Position numbers and translations under genes: made by a program. The notes below the pieces were generated by a model, which worked only from the letters and a program-made list of their open reading frames with translations, was not told where the DNA came from and made no database searches. Positions 38,926 to 48,485 of a DNA stretch of 64,000 bases are shown in pieces; the first letter of the stretch is position 1, and every line of letters starts with the position of its first letter. Source of the DNA: a virus. Lineage: Duplodnaviria > Caudoviricetes. The stretch is from IMG/VR virus record IMGVR_UViG_3300025715_000009, positions 256,001 to 320,000 of that record; one strand, written 5' to 3'.

Positions 38926-39208
38926 TCCATGTTGTAAATATCCATTGTATTGTATTTTGGCAAATAAATTCTTTTAGTTGTTGGTTTTTTATATTATTTA
39001 ATTTTCTTAATGTATTCAGAGAAACACCACTAGGCCAAGAATGTGTATAAAACATGGCTCGATATGTTATATTATTATATTTTTCAAGCATTTTCATATT
39101 AACAATATACTGACTATGGAAAGCTCGAACATCAAACATTTTTATCAGTTTATCTTTTACAAAATAACATTCAATGTTTCTTGTCTGGGTATTAATTCCG
39201 ATATACAT
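38906..39208 (-). CDS. small hypothetical protein (TIQWIF motif family)
   Basis: ORF; AAGATAA upstream. Confidence 0.65.
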   Translation of the reverse strand: MYIGINTQTRNIECYFVKDKLIKMFDVRAFHSQYIVNMKMLEKYNNITYRAMFYTHSWPSGVSLNTLRKLNNIKNQQLKEFICQNTIQWIFTTWSENGSL

Positions 39209-39248
39209 AATAGTTATCTTACATAAAAAAAGGAAGCTTGCGCTTCCT

Positions 39249-39956
39249 TTATATTTTTTTTATATACCCATATAAAAATTCTGTTTTACCAAATTCTGCA
39301 TTTATATGGAAATGTCCACAATACCATTTTTTATAATTTACACTATTCTCAATTATGTCAAAATAATCTCTAAGAGGTTGTTCTTCATCTGCCTCTTTAT
39401 GAATCATATCAAATTCTTGACTCATCTCTTTGAATTTATTGTATGAGCAAGAGTGAGTAATAATGTAATCAACAGTATTGTTATGCTGAGCAAGATTTTT
39501 CATGCCAAGAGCATATTCAGCATAATTTGGCATTTCTTGTGGCCACCAGTGAATTTGTGGAGTGCGCCTTGCTTTATCTATTGAATAGCCACCACCAAAT
39601 GTAAAAAATTTCACTCCATCAATAATATATACTCTTCCTCTTTTAAGATGGAAAATAGAATCTCTTACTATACCTACTTCATCACCAAACATTGATTTAG
39701 TAGGGAGAACTTCAAGACGATTAAAATTCTCATGATTTCCATCTACGAAAAGAGTAGTCCATGGTTTTGAGTTGAGCCAATCAAGCTTATATTTTTCAGG
39801 TGCTTTGGATTCATTTACATCCCACACACCACCAAAATCACCAGCAATAATAATATAATCTTGTTTGGTTAATTCTTTACCATCAGAGAAATGTTTAGAG
39901 GAAAATCTTTGAAAATCTCCATGTGTATCACCAGTTAAAAAAACCACTAACACCAC
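39249..39956 (-). CDS. calcineurin-like metallophosphoesterase
   Basis: GDTHG, GDFG, GNHE, THS, GHFH. Confidence 0.92.
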   Translation of the reverse strand: MVLVVFLTGDTHGDFQRFSSKHFSDGKELTKQDYIIIAGDFGGVWDVNESKAPEKYKLDWLNSKPWTTLFVDGNHENFNRLEVLPTKSMFGDEVGIVRDSIFHLKRGRVYIIDGVKFFTFGGGYSIDKARRTPQIHWWPQEMPNYAEYALGMKNLAQHNNTVDYIITHSCSYNKFKEMSQEFDMIHKEADEEQPLRDYFDIIENSVNYKKWYCGHFHINAEFGKTEFLYGYIKKI

Positions 39957-40128
39957 CTCTATAGTCTACTGTCATTCCAGGCCCATATAAAACATTGAGT
40001 TTTTCCAAGGCTATTTTTTCTGCCTCTTGTCGATTATTAACACCATTAAACAATAAATCATATAGTGCTTCAGTAGAAGCAAGTCTTACTACTTCTTCGT
40101 TGTGAGAACCACGGACAAGTATAGTCAT
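39928..40128 (-). CDS. hypothetical protein
   Basis: ORF with SD. Confidence 0.6.
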   Translation of the reverse strand: MTILVRGSHNEEVVRLASTEALYDLLFNGVNNRQEAEKIALEKLNVLYGPGMTVDYRGGVSGFFNW

Positions 40129-40166
40129 TGCTCCTCCTGATTTATAGTATCATAAAATTAAGATAT

Positions 40167-40542
40167 CTAAACTGATAAATATTGCTTAACCAAAAGCATT
40201 AAAACATTTTGGTCAAACGGTTTACTTAACCAACCATCTATTTTGTTCTTGCTTGATAAATTTTGTAATTCTAATATATTATAATTTCCAGTTATAACTA
40301 ATACTGGGAGATTTTTAAATTTTTCATTTTGTTTAATAGTTTCAATTAATTGAAAACCATCCATTTTAGGAAGTGTAATATCAGAAATTAAAAGATTACA
40401 ATCTAACTTGCTTAAAAAATCCAAGGCCTCTTCAGCAGTTGCGTAATCATATACTTCATAACCACCATGAAGAGTTAAAATCATTTTTGTTGTTTTTCTA
40501 ATTGAGTCAGAATCTTCAATTAAAAGTATTTTTTTTCTTCAT
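40167..40542 (-). pseudogene. response-regulator receiver domain with a one-base frameshift in an A8 run
   Basis: ATG AAG + A8 at 40542; removing one A gives MKKKILLIEDS... in frame with SDITLPKMDG...ITG...KPF. Confidence 0.7.
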
Positions 40543-40551
40543 AAGATTATC

Positions 40552-40932
40552 TTATGTTTTTTCAAAGATATGACGCATAAGACTATAAAAAACTAATTTA
40601 GAATCTCGACTATATGCAGCTTCTTTAGGAATATATGCTAATGGCTTTACACTGTCTATCAGCTCTTGTGCTTCACCTGGTTCTGCAAAAGAATGATAAA
40701 TTATAGGGATAGAATAATTTTCTTTTATGAACTTTCCAATCTCTTCACCATCTATGGGGAGATTAAATCTATAATCTAAAATCACGACATCTGGCTTAAA
40801 CTCTTCAATTGCTTCTCGTGTTTTATATGGATCAAAAATTTGCATATACTTAGCTTTTATTTCAGGAATAACATGCTTCTCCAAGTTCATTGAAACAAGA
40901 GGTGAGTCGTCAATAACTAGTATTTTTTTCAT
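40552..40932 (-). CDS. response-regulator receiver domain protein
   Basis: ILVIDDS, PDVVILD, DG, PII..S, YIPK. Confidence 0.88.
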   Translation of the reverse strand: MKKILVIDDSPLVSMNLEKHVIPEIKAKYMQIFDPYKTREAIEEFKPDVVILDYRFNLPIDGEEIGKFIKENYSIPIIYHSFAEPGEAQELIDSVKPLAYIPKEAAYSRDSKLVFYSLMRHIFEKT

Positions 40933-40957
40933 ATATTATCTTATATATATTACTTAA

Positions 40958-41170
40958 TTAGTTATTAATTTTACTTACAATAGTTGTCTCAATTGCTTGC
41001 TTATTCATGTATGTCATAATTTGTTTTAGGTCATCTTCATATCCTTTAAAAACAAGCACCTTGCCATCAAATTCAAAATGATTTGTAATTTTTGCTCTTA
41101 CAAAATTATAAAATTGATTTTTAAATTGATTTGTAAAATTCTTGCCCTTAAAAGAAAGTGTGTAAACCAT
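40958..41170 (-). CDS. hypothetical protein
   Basis: ORF with SD GGAGG. Confidence 0.7.
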   Translation of the reverse strand: MVYTLSFKGKNFTNQFKNQFYNFVRAKITNHFEFDGKVLVFKGYEDDLKQIMTYMNKQAIETTIVSKINN

Positions 41171-41262
41171 TGTATCCTCCTAAAAGAAATATGCATAAAA
41201 AAAAGGAAGCATTGCGTTTATAGCGATGCTTCCTCTATTTTATTAAACAATATATTACCATA

Positions 41263-41814
41263 TTATATCTTGCTGTCTTTTTTCATTTTTGTTTCATCTA
41301 ATAATAAAATTTTTGCTTCTATTGCTAATAAACCATATTGTTCAATTTCTTTTTGAGAGCATGGCATACTAGAATTTAAACTTAATCCACCCCAATAGGT
41401 TTTAATAGGTATCATATAGTCATTTTCAAAATTAAAAATACTATAATAGGATTTAGGATTAATATCATAAACATAAAAATTTATATTAAAATCATCAATT
41501 GGAATAATATATAAAAATTCTTTTCTTCTTCTCTTTATCCACTTGTTTGAAAAATAATTTTGTAAACGTTTATTATCTGCAATTTTATGTGTTATATCAA
41601 AATTAGAAAACAAAACTACTGTAATCATACAAATAGAACCGAACATATAAGACAAAACCACTATAAATGCCAAAGGTGTTTTAATTGCAAGAGACATTAA
41701 TATTGAACTTAGAATAAATGGAATTACTGAAATACAAATAACAAGTATTTTGTGCCCTTCTATAAAGTTTGATATTGATAGTTTTGCTGTTAGTCTTTTT
41801 TCAAATTTAGTCAA
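41263..41814 (-). CDS. membrane protein (2 TM)
   Basis: hydrophobic segments. Confidence 0.65.
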   Translation of the reverse strand: MTKFEKRLTAKLSISNFIEGHKILVICISVIPFILSSILMSLAIKTPLAFIVVLSYMFGSICMITVVLFSNFDITHKIADNKRLQNYFSNKWIKRRRKEFLYIIPIDDFNINFYVYDINPKSYYSIFNFENDYMIPIKTYWGGLSLNSSMPCSQKEIEQYGLLAIEAKILLLDETKMKKDSKI

Positions 41815-41922
41815 AATAAAATGTCCATATTAACCAACATATGCCAAGATGATTTTCATTTTCTGACCCATAATGAAAATGCCATGGGATAATCCACTCA
41901 TACCACTTCTGGCCTTCTAATT

Positions 41923-42297
41923 CTACTCGCATTTGTTTCTCCTTTTTTTGCCTGCAGCTAATCTATATTTTTCTTGGCGAATTTCTTTTTTAGATTGATG
42001 TTTATTTTCTATATTACGTCGTCTGAACTCTGATGCAATTCTATTATATACTATTTGAGCTGTTTCTATGTTATATTCTAGGTCATATTTTTGAAATGCT
42101 GAAATCATTATTTTACTCAAAGCACGTTCAGATAATCTAAAAATTAATAATAATTCTTTTTTAGGAGTTGAAGAAAAGTCGTGTGAGCGATATTTTTTTA
42201 ATTGTCTTGATAGAGAAATAAGTGAGAGATACTCATTATAGATAAATTCAAATCTTTTATCTAACATTAAAGCTTTTGCTATTTCCCACTCTTGCAT
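41923..42297 (-). CDS. hypothetical basic protein
   Basis: ORF with SD GAGG. Confidence 0.7.
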   Translation of the reverse strand: MQEWEIAKALMLDKRFEFIYNEYLSLISLSRQLKKYRSHDFSSTPKKELLLIFRLSERALSKIMISAFQKYDLEYNIETAQIVYNRIASEFRRRNIENKHQSKKEIRQEKYRLAAGKKRRNKCE

Positions 42298-42309
42298 AAT
42301 TACCTCTTT

Positions 42310-42339
42310 AAAAAAAATCCTCTCCTGAGGAGAGGATTT
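42310..42339 (-). terminator. terminator after giant RNA
   Basis: AAATCCTCTCCT/AGGAGAGGATTT plus T run. Confidence 0.8.
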
Positions 42340-42348
42340 AAAAACAAA

Positions 42349-43174
42349 GGGCTGAGACTATACCCTTCTCGCTATCACTTTCAAGCCCGTACCTTTGAGG
42401 TGCTACCCTCTCCGTTAAGCTCTTATCCACATCCTCATGGATGTCTGATAGCATGGCTGCCTTTTTTAGAGAGTGGCTTTTCTCTCGTCACAACAAGTTA
42501 ATCAACCTTCCGGTTACCGTCTACCTTGCGAGCAGTAAAGGACCGCTAAGTCCACCGTGCACCTTCCCATCAAACCCTTCCGCCTTGCGAGCTTCCAGGC
42601 TCCAGATTCTCTTTCGAGTCTGGACTTAAGCCATTTTCGCTTGTTGTCGGTCAAGACTTTTGCGTTTTCAATTGTTGGACTCGAACCAACGACCGATTGT
42701 ATTACAAGACAATTGCTCTACCATTGAGCAAAACTGAACGGGTTTCCCCTTGACCACGAGGTGCTTGACCAGTTGCTCCATATCCTTTTGAGATACGGAA
42801 TACAACACCTCGCATACATTTTACCTGCCGGCTACTTTGTGGTTTTTCAAGACCAGGTATTCCCCTGAATCTATCAAACTGCTATTAAGCACTTGTCTGC
42901 AAAGACTCGCACCTAATAACTACTGTTCTCTCTCATAGATAATCAGTTTTGCATGAAGATAATCCCTTGCGAGGAAAAGTTACTCTCACCCGGTTGGCCC
43001 TGAATAACTCTGTCTCTTCCTGATGTCTCTACAAATTCCGCTGGTAGCGAAATCATAGGAGAGTCAGCTTGCTTACATGAACTGTATTACTACAGCGGGA
43101 GGCGTCACCCTTTACCCCTTTATGATTATTGCTAATCACTATTCTTCGCCTTTCGGCAGGACCATAAGCAGCCC
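42349..43174 (-). ncRNA. GOLLD-like giant structured RNA (~826 nt)
   Basis: GC-richer region without credible ORF; 5' GGGCTG pairs with 3' CAGCCC; many GNRA hairpins; embedded tRNA; size and tRNA-cluster context fit GOLLD. Confidence 0.75.
42666..42738 (-). tRNA. tRNA embedded in GOLLD-like RNA, 8-nt anticodon loop (CU UGUA AU)
   Basis: TTCAGTT/AATTGAA acceptor; ATTGT-CTTGTAAT-ACAAT; GTTGG-TTCGAGT-CCAAC. Confidence 0.7.
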
Positions 43175-43235
43175 TTAATTAAATTTTCAAAGATCTATTA
43201 GCTTTCGCTCTTTTTTATTATACTATTATATATGC

Positions 43236-43838
43236 TTACTCTAAACATATTTTTTGTAATTCTTCAAAATATTTTCCTTGGGGATGTAATTTTTGATCAA
43301 ATAAAGGAAAAATTTTATTTGAACCAAAAACTATATCTTTCCCATGATGAACAAAGCCCATCCAAACAGTTGGCAATTTTGGAACAAGATCTTTTTTATT
43401 TACATATCTAATGGTTTTAATGGTTGAAAAACAACGCGATACAAACCATTCAAATCTAGGAGAACCGAATGCAATACTTTCTATATCAGAAAAATATTTT
43501 CCATATATTAAATGAAAAAGTTGTGCCCTTCCACCGCCCAAAGAATGTCCTATTACATAAGTTTTTTTATTAAAATCAATTTTTTTACTAATATAATTTT
43601 TCCATGCTTTTCTCATTCCTAATTGAATACCAAGATGAATGAATTTAAAATGATATGGCCATGGTATAAAAGTTAAACTTAAAATATAATCTAATGGTGT
43701 GCTAGATCCATGAAAAGTAATAACTTGATAAGAATCATATTGTTTGACATTACATTCAAAACTTAATTTTTTATTTTCATATTCCCATACAGGATGTAGG
43801 ATGTTTTGTTCAAATAAATCAAGAATAGTTTTATTCAT
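43236..43838 (-). CDS. lipase class 3 family protein
   Basis: FHGS, HLG, GHSLGG, FGSPR, DLVPKLP. Confidence 0.88.
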   Translation of the reverse strand: MNKTILDLFEQNILHPVWEYENKKLSFECNVKQYDSYQVITFHGSSTPLDYILSLTFIPWPYHFKFIHLGIQLGMRKAWKNYISKKIDFNKKTYVIGHSLGGGRAQLFHLIYGKYFSDIESIAFGSPRFEWFVSRCFSTIKTIRYVNKKDLVPKLPTVWMGFVHHGKDIVFGSNKIFPLFDQKLHPQGKYFEELQKICLE

Positions 43839-44034
43839 CTTTCTCCTTTAAATACTTTTTTACACATTTTAAAGCATTTTCTGTAGCACATCTTGCGGCA
43901 AGACTGTTTGGTGAATGAACATATTGCTCAACTAAGCCAGTAAAAGAATTTAAGATAATAAATTCTACAGGCTTATTTTCTTCTTGAGCTGTTGCCTTTG
44001 TTCTTTCAAGCCAATCTTCATAATTTCTTATCAT
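43831..44034 (-). CDS. hypothetical protein
   Basis: ORF. Confidence 0.65.
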   Translation of the reverse strand: MIRNYEDWLERTKATAQEENKPVEFIILNSFTGLVEQYVHSPNSLAARCATENALKCVKKYLKEKDE

Positions 44035-44043
44035 GGTGTATCC

Positions 44044-44328
44044 TTATGTATCATCTGGCGTAAATATTTCTATTTTAAAGGCACTTGGTGGAATAGAAAT
44101 TCCTAATTTATCTGCTTGATCTAAAAAACAATCAACACATAAAGACCCACCACCATTATCATTTCGTTGCATTACACTATACCAATATTTATCTTCAATA
44201 AGCCAACATATTCTAAATGATTTGCCACAATTTTCACATGATTCATATGGCCATTTATTAAGAGATAATGAGTTCCATTGTTTGATAAATAACCACTTAA
44301 TACGTCGTAATAATCTAAGAAATAACAT
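44044..44328 (-). CDS. small Zn-binding phage protein
   Basis: CENC...W...LCVDCF. Confidence 0.7.
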   Translation of the reverse strand: MLFLRLLRRIKWLFIKQWNSLSLNKWPYESCENCGKSFRICWLIEDKYWYSVMQRNDNGGGSLCVDCFLDQADKLGISIPPSAFKIEIFTPDDT

Positions 44329-44342
44329 TTTTACCTCTTAAA

Positions 44343-44414
44343 TAGCTGGGGCCGGATTCGAACCGACAATCTCAACCTTATGAGGGTTGCAAGATACCAT
44401 TTCTCTACCCAGCG
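44343..44414 (-). tRNA. tRNA-Met (CAT), initiator-like C1 mismatch
   Basis: cloverleaf; CTCATAA loop. Confidence 0.85.
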
Positions 44415-44435
44415 TCGTATGCGTATTGAATTTAC

Positions 44436-44507
44436 TAGACCCACACCGAATTGAACGGTGATCTAAACTTTATCAGAGTTTCATACTTACCTTTATACTA
44501 TGGGTCT
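44436..44507 (-). tRNA. tRNA-Ile (GAT)
   Basis: cloverleaf; CTGATAA loop. Confidence 0.88.
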
Positions 44508-45302
44508 ATGTTCTTCATAAAGAGAAATAAAATCACTACCATATTTCTCTATTACATAATCTAAATATATTTTCATATCATCTTTCTCTAAAACCTTAAG
44601 TCTTTGTTTAAATTGACTTATTTTTGTTATACATTTTTTGTCTTTATATCCTTTTATTTCAAAATATTCTCCATCAATAATAAAATCTGGATAATATTTA
44701 TATTCTTTTCCTTCATATATATAAGTAAATCCAGTAAAATTTCTATTAAATAAAATTCCATGCTCTATATTATAAATAACAAATGCTAATTCCCAACTAC
44801 TTTGACAATAATATCCTTTATACCATCCTCTATGTCCTTTTCCAGACATTTTTCTTAAACCACCACCCCTTGAACAATTTTTAAGCCATTCTTCTTTATG
44901 GTTTTTTTGATATATTGCAAAACCTCCTCTTATTTCTTTGGGTAATTTTTGTAAACGTTTACTTACTTTTTCAGCACTTTTTCTAACTGACTCTGAAGTT
45001 TCTTTAGTTAAACTTTTATTCCACGAAGGTTTGCCAATTTGAAGTTTATGTCTTTTTTCTAAAGATTTAAAATGTCTTTTTCTCCCCTCTTCAGTATGAT
45101 TAATAATAATGTGAGAACATATTCCTTTTTTACATACTAATTTCTGACATTCTGGACATTTATATAATCCTGAAATTTCGTCGTACCATTCTTCATCAAT
45201 TTTTAGTTGATGTTTTTTTTCTTTGAAATGAGATTGAAAATGTCGCTCATAAACAGATAAACTAACCAATCTATTACATACTTCACAATTTTTATATTTC
45301 AT
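44493..45302 (-). CDS. putative homing endonuclease (Zn fingers + PD-(D/E)XK domain)
   Basis: C2H2-like repeats, WNK.LTKE, SSWE...YYPDF...EIKGY; stop inside tRNA-Ile. Confidence 0.8.
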   Translation of the reverse strand: MKYKNCEVCNRLVSLSVYERHFQSHFKEKKHQLKIDEEWYDEISGLYKCPECQKLVCKKGICSHIIINHTEEGRKRHFKSLEKRHKLQIGKPSWNKSLTKETSESVRKSAEKVSKRLQKLPKEIRGGFAIYQKNHKEEWLKNCSRGGGLRKMSGKGHRGWYKGYYCQSSWELAFVIYNIEHGILFNRNFTGFTYIYEGKEYKYYPDFIIDGEYFEIKGYKDKKCITKISQFKQRLKVLEKDDMKIYLDYVIEKYGSDFISLYEEHRPIV

Positions 45303-45373
45303 ACAATTATCTTATATGGTTAGAGCAATTATGTATGAAATATATAAAAAAATTTACGAATTCCAAAAGGCTG

Positions 45374-45387
45374 TGAGCTAATCCCGC
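45374..45387 (-). pseudogene. tRNA 5' stub
   Basis: GCGGGAT-TA-GCTCA upstream of the endonuclease gene. Confidence 0.45.
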
Positions 45388-45608
45388 ATGTTTTCTAAAT
45401 ATCCTTTGCATCCAAGATCAGTGATCTCTATTTCTAAATACCACCCATGATCCTCTTTTTCAAACTGAATACCACCTTCAAACGGAACAATTGCAAAATT
45501 CAAATTTTCTAAATATGTAGCCAAGTGTTTTGCCATATTATATACATAATCTGATATTACAAAATCTTTAGTCTCTTTAAAAAAATCTATTCTTTCTTGC
45601 AAGTTCAT
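45378..45608 (-). CDS. hypothetical protein
   Basis: IVPFEGGIQFE...LEIEI. Confidence 0.7.
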   Translation of the reverse strand: MNLQERIDFFKETKDFVISDYVYNMAKHLATYLENLNFAIVPFEGGIQFEKEDHGWYLEIEITDLGCKGYLENMRD

Positions 45609-45787
45609 TCTATTTTTTTCTTTATATAAACTGTTTTCGCTAATTTTTGTATTTCTTTTAAATCAACTTCATTTTTGGCTTCAAGTAATAAAGCAACAAT
45701 CATAGCATCAACATCTTTTTTAAGAATGATTTTTTTTGATTGTTCTGTCTGTTCTACTATTTCACCTTTTTCAAAATCATAAATCAT
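45605..45787 (-). CDS. hypothetical protein
   Basis: start placed downstream of tRNA-Gly. Confidence 0.6.
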   Translation of the reverse strand: MIYDFEKGEIVEQTEQSKKIILKKDVDAMIVALLLEAKNEVDLKEIQKLAKTVYIKKKIE

Positions 45788-45800
45788 ACTCATTCCTCTA

Positions 45801-45872
45801 AGCGCCGAGAGGGAGTCGAACCCTCGTCTCCAGCTTGGAAGGCTGGGGTAATAGCCGTTATACGACCGGCGC
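45801..45872 (-). tRNA. tRNA-Gly (TCC)
   Basis: cloverleaf; CTTCCAA. Confidence 0.92.
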
Positions 45873-45972
45873 AAATTAAGGGGATTTTTTTAACTACGGT
45901 TCCCCTCAAAACCACGTTTAAGATTTGGGCGCATAATGCGCGGCTCACCTTATCAGACACAACGGTCTGATT

Positions 45973-46046
45973 TGTCGGCGATGGGATTTGAACCCATAGG
46001 TCTTGGACTCTGAAACCAAGAAGTCTGCCAATTCCTTCACGCCGAC
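45973..46046 (-). tRNA. tRNA-Leu (CAG), short variable loop
   Basis: cloverleaf; TTCAGAG loop. Confidence 0.75.
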
Positions 46047-46130
46047 TAGTTCCCAACCTGCTAAACCGTAGGAAATGGTTGGTGTTGGTATGTCATAAAC
46101 ATATTATATCTTGTTTATTTCTCTTCTAAA

Positions 46131-46439
46131 TTATTCGTAGATGAAAAGATTTTTTGTTCTAAGGTTCCATTTGTTTCCATCTTTGAACATTACATTTCTA
46201 TACCCAGGAAGATCTTCATTTCTACTCTCTGCAAAAGCACGAACAAGAGTAGTAGACTTGTTTTCATCTTTGACTCGTAGAATATCATTTGTTTTATCAT
46301 AACAAATCTTACCAATATTCTGCTTGATAAACGCCCGGCTATCATTATCAACAAGCACTTCAAAATTCCTACCCCACCCCCTGCCAACATGTTCAAGAAC
46401 CATCTTTCCACCAGCCATAGACTTAATCTTCATATTCAC
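46131..46439 (-). CDS. HNH_3-like protein lacking the catalytic His
   Basis: VMFKDGNKWNLRTKNL. Confidence 0.55.
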   Translation of the reverse strand: MNMKIKSMAGGKMVLEHVGRGWGRNFEVLVDNDSRAFIKQNIGKICYDKTNDILRVKDENKSTTLVRAFAESRNEDLPGYRNVMFKDGNKWNLRTKNLFIYE

Positions 46440-46476
46440 TCCTTGATATATATTAGAACTTCTATGAAGTTCGTTT

Positions 46477-46548
46477 TACGCCTACCAGGAATCGAACCTG
46501 GATAATCTGCTTAGAAGGCAGAGACTTTGTCCATTAAGTTATAGGCGC
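46477..46548 (-). tRNA. tRNA-Arg (TCT)
   Basis: cloverleaf. Confidence 0.92.
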
Positions 46549-46574
46549 TCGTTTATTAACGTTTTTAAATATGC

Positions 46575-47510
46575 TCATGGATAATGATTTTCATATAGAT
46601 CAGGATGTTTATTTCTAAATTTTAGATTTTCTTCAGATACATCAAGACAAAAAATTTTTATATGGCTTTTAAAACAAGCGCCAAAATGATAAGCACTAAC
46701 TTTATGAAAATTCATATCATATGGTGGAACTATTTGAGTATAAAAAGAATCATTTTCATATTTACAAAAACTTGAAGATAAGTCAAATACTCTTGAATTA
46801 TCAATAACATCAAAATTAAAATCAAACAAATAATTAAATAAAAATTGATCTACTCCCCATACAATAGGTGCTAACCCTACTTGTATACATTCCTGATATT
46901 GATTTATTTTTTTAATAAAATTATCTCTATTCGCACCAAAATAACAACCCATTATTCCTTTTGTATATATTTTTTTAAACATTAAATTTACTTTATTATA
47001 AAAGGATTCAATTTCATTTTCATCAATAGGGTGTCCTAACCACATGGGTGGATTTAACGTTCCACTAAAAATACAACCATTATCTGGAGTTTTATGATTA
47101 AATAAATCATCAAACCATACGTCTAAATCATATGCAAATATATTATCATATTTTATATTAGATTGAATATAATTTAATGCATCAACATGTCTCCAATACA
47201 TTAACTCTTTATAATCTTGAAAAGCAAAAGTTCTTTCAATATATTTTATTTGTATATCTAATTTTTTTGCTAAATTTCTAATTTTTGAAGGGATAGGTCC
47301 ACCATAAAAAAATATAATTACATCATCATTATATTTTGCAACATGTCTTAAAGAAATCATAAAATCAATCATATGTCCGAGTGAATGATCCATAACATCA
47401 TATCTAAATATAGATTCATTGCTTTGATTTAAAAGTTTAGAATCCAAATATGTTGTTGGTTTTCCATGATTAGATGTTGTGAGTAAAAGACTAGCATAAA
47501 CTAAATTCAT
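46575..47510 (-). CDS. GT-A fold glycosyltransferase-like protein
   Basis: YDLDVWF (DxD), GVDQFLFNYL; ATG coupled to upstream TGA. Confidence 0.55.
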   Translation of the reverse strand: MNLVYASLLLTTSNHGKPTTYLDSKLLNQSNESIFRYDVMDHSLGHMIDFMISLRHVAKYNDDVIIFFYGGPIPSKIRNLAKKLDIQIKYIERTFAFQDYKELMYWRHVDALNYIQSNIKYDNIFAYDLDVWFDDLFNHKTPDNGCIFSGTLNPPMWLGHPIDENEIESFYNKVNLMFKKIYTKGIMGCYFGANRDNFIKKINQYQECIQVGLAPIVWGVDQFLFNYLFDFNFDVIDNSRVFDLSSSFCKYENDSFYTQIVPPYDMNFHKVSAYHFGACFKSHIKIFCLDVSEENLKFRNKHPDLYENHYP

Positions 47511-47659
47511 TTTGGAAATGTCAATTCCAAGCATCCATCTTCTAATTCTTTAATCAAGACATCATCTCCAGGATGGATATCAAATGTCTTAATTATTTCT
47601 TCTGGAAGAGGAAGCACATATTCGCCTGTTTTTGGATCTATTTCAAGTTTTACTATCAT
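47507..47659 (-). CDS. AbrB/MazE-type small DNA-binding protein (50 aa, below track cut-off)
   Basis: MIVKLEIDPKTGEYVLPLPEEIIKTFDIHPGDDVLI... Confidence 0.7.
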   Translation of the reverse strand: MIVKLEIDPKTGEYVLPLPEEIIKTFDIHPGDDVLIKELEDGCLELTFPK

Positions 47660-47667
47660 GTATATAA

Positions 47668-48288
47668 CTATGCTGAAAAAATAGTTAAAATACTCTCTCC
47701 ATACTTATTTAAAAAAGAACGCAATATAATTTTAATAGATGAAATATCAAACCCATTTTTCCAATATTTTGGATTAGAAGATATTTTTTTTCTCCACAAT
47801 AAAAATGCTGATTTAATTTCTTCATCTGAAAATTTGGACATATCTAAAATTAGCTTGTGTTTTGCTTCATATATGTTTGGAGTGTCAAATGCAACTAAAA
47901 CTGGACCTACTACATTCAATTTATCTATTGCTATAATGATGGGGAATGCAAAGCCATAATCATAATATTCAACAAGAGAAAAAGCATCATAATTTAATAA
48001 TCTTTGATTTAAAGGCCAATTTGTAACCATTAATAATGCAGGATCAGTTTTTGAGTAAGATGATATATTTGGCAAAGTATCTAAAAATGCTTGAGCTGCT
48101 ATTTCTCCTCTTTTATGACTATGTAAAGTAAAAAGAACATAACCATAACATCCATAGCCTGGTTCTTGTTGGCCTCTAATAATATAACTACCTACTGGTA
48201 TTCTATATTCTGGGCTTTGGACTGTAAATTCTGAATTTAAAACACAAGATGCTAATAATAAATAAATAAGACTAATCAATATTCTCAT
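47668..48288 (-). CDS. putative lipoprotein/secreted protein
   Basis: LLLASC lipobox-like signal. Confidence 0.65.
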   Translation of the reverse strand: MRILISLIYLLLASCVLNSEFTVQSPEYRIPVGSYIIRGQQEPGYGCYGYVLFTLHSHKRGEIAAQAFLDTLPNISSYSKTDPALLMVTNWPLNQRLLNYDAFSLVEYYDYGFAFPIIIAIDKLNVVGPVLVAFDTPNIYEAKHKLILDMSKFSDEEIKSAFLLWRKKISSNPKYWKNGFDISSIKIILRSFLNKYGESILTIFSA

Positions 48289-48485
48289 TTTTTCTTCCTG
48301 CACAAAATAGATGATATAATTGTAATTATACTAACATAAAAAAGAGCTATAAGACCAATAGCTCCTGCATTTAGAGGATTAAGAGAATCGCTTAATAAAA
48401 ACACTGTAATTGAAGTTAAAATAAGAGATAAGAATATATTAAAAGGAAGTGATTTCATAAGATTATCTTATGAAAAAAGAATAAA

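Noticed and set aside
42292-42629. Plus-strand ORFs 42292-42501 and 42441-42629
   Set aside because: They are antisense to the giant structured RNA and have no protein-like features.
45973-46046. TCA (Sec/opal) anticodon reading
   Set aside because: The stem only pairs when the loop is TT-CAG-AG, giving Leu.
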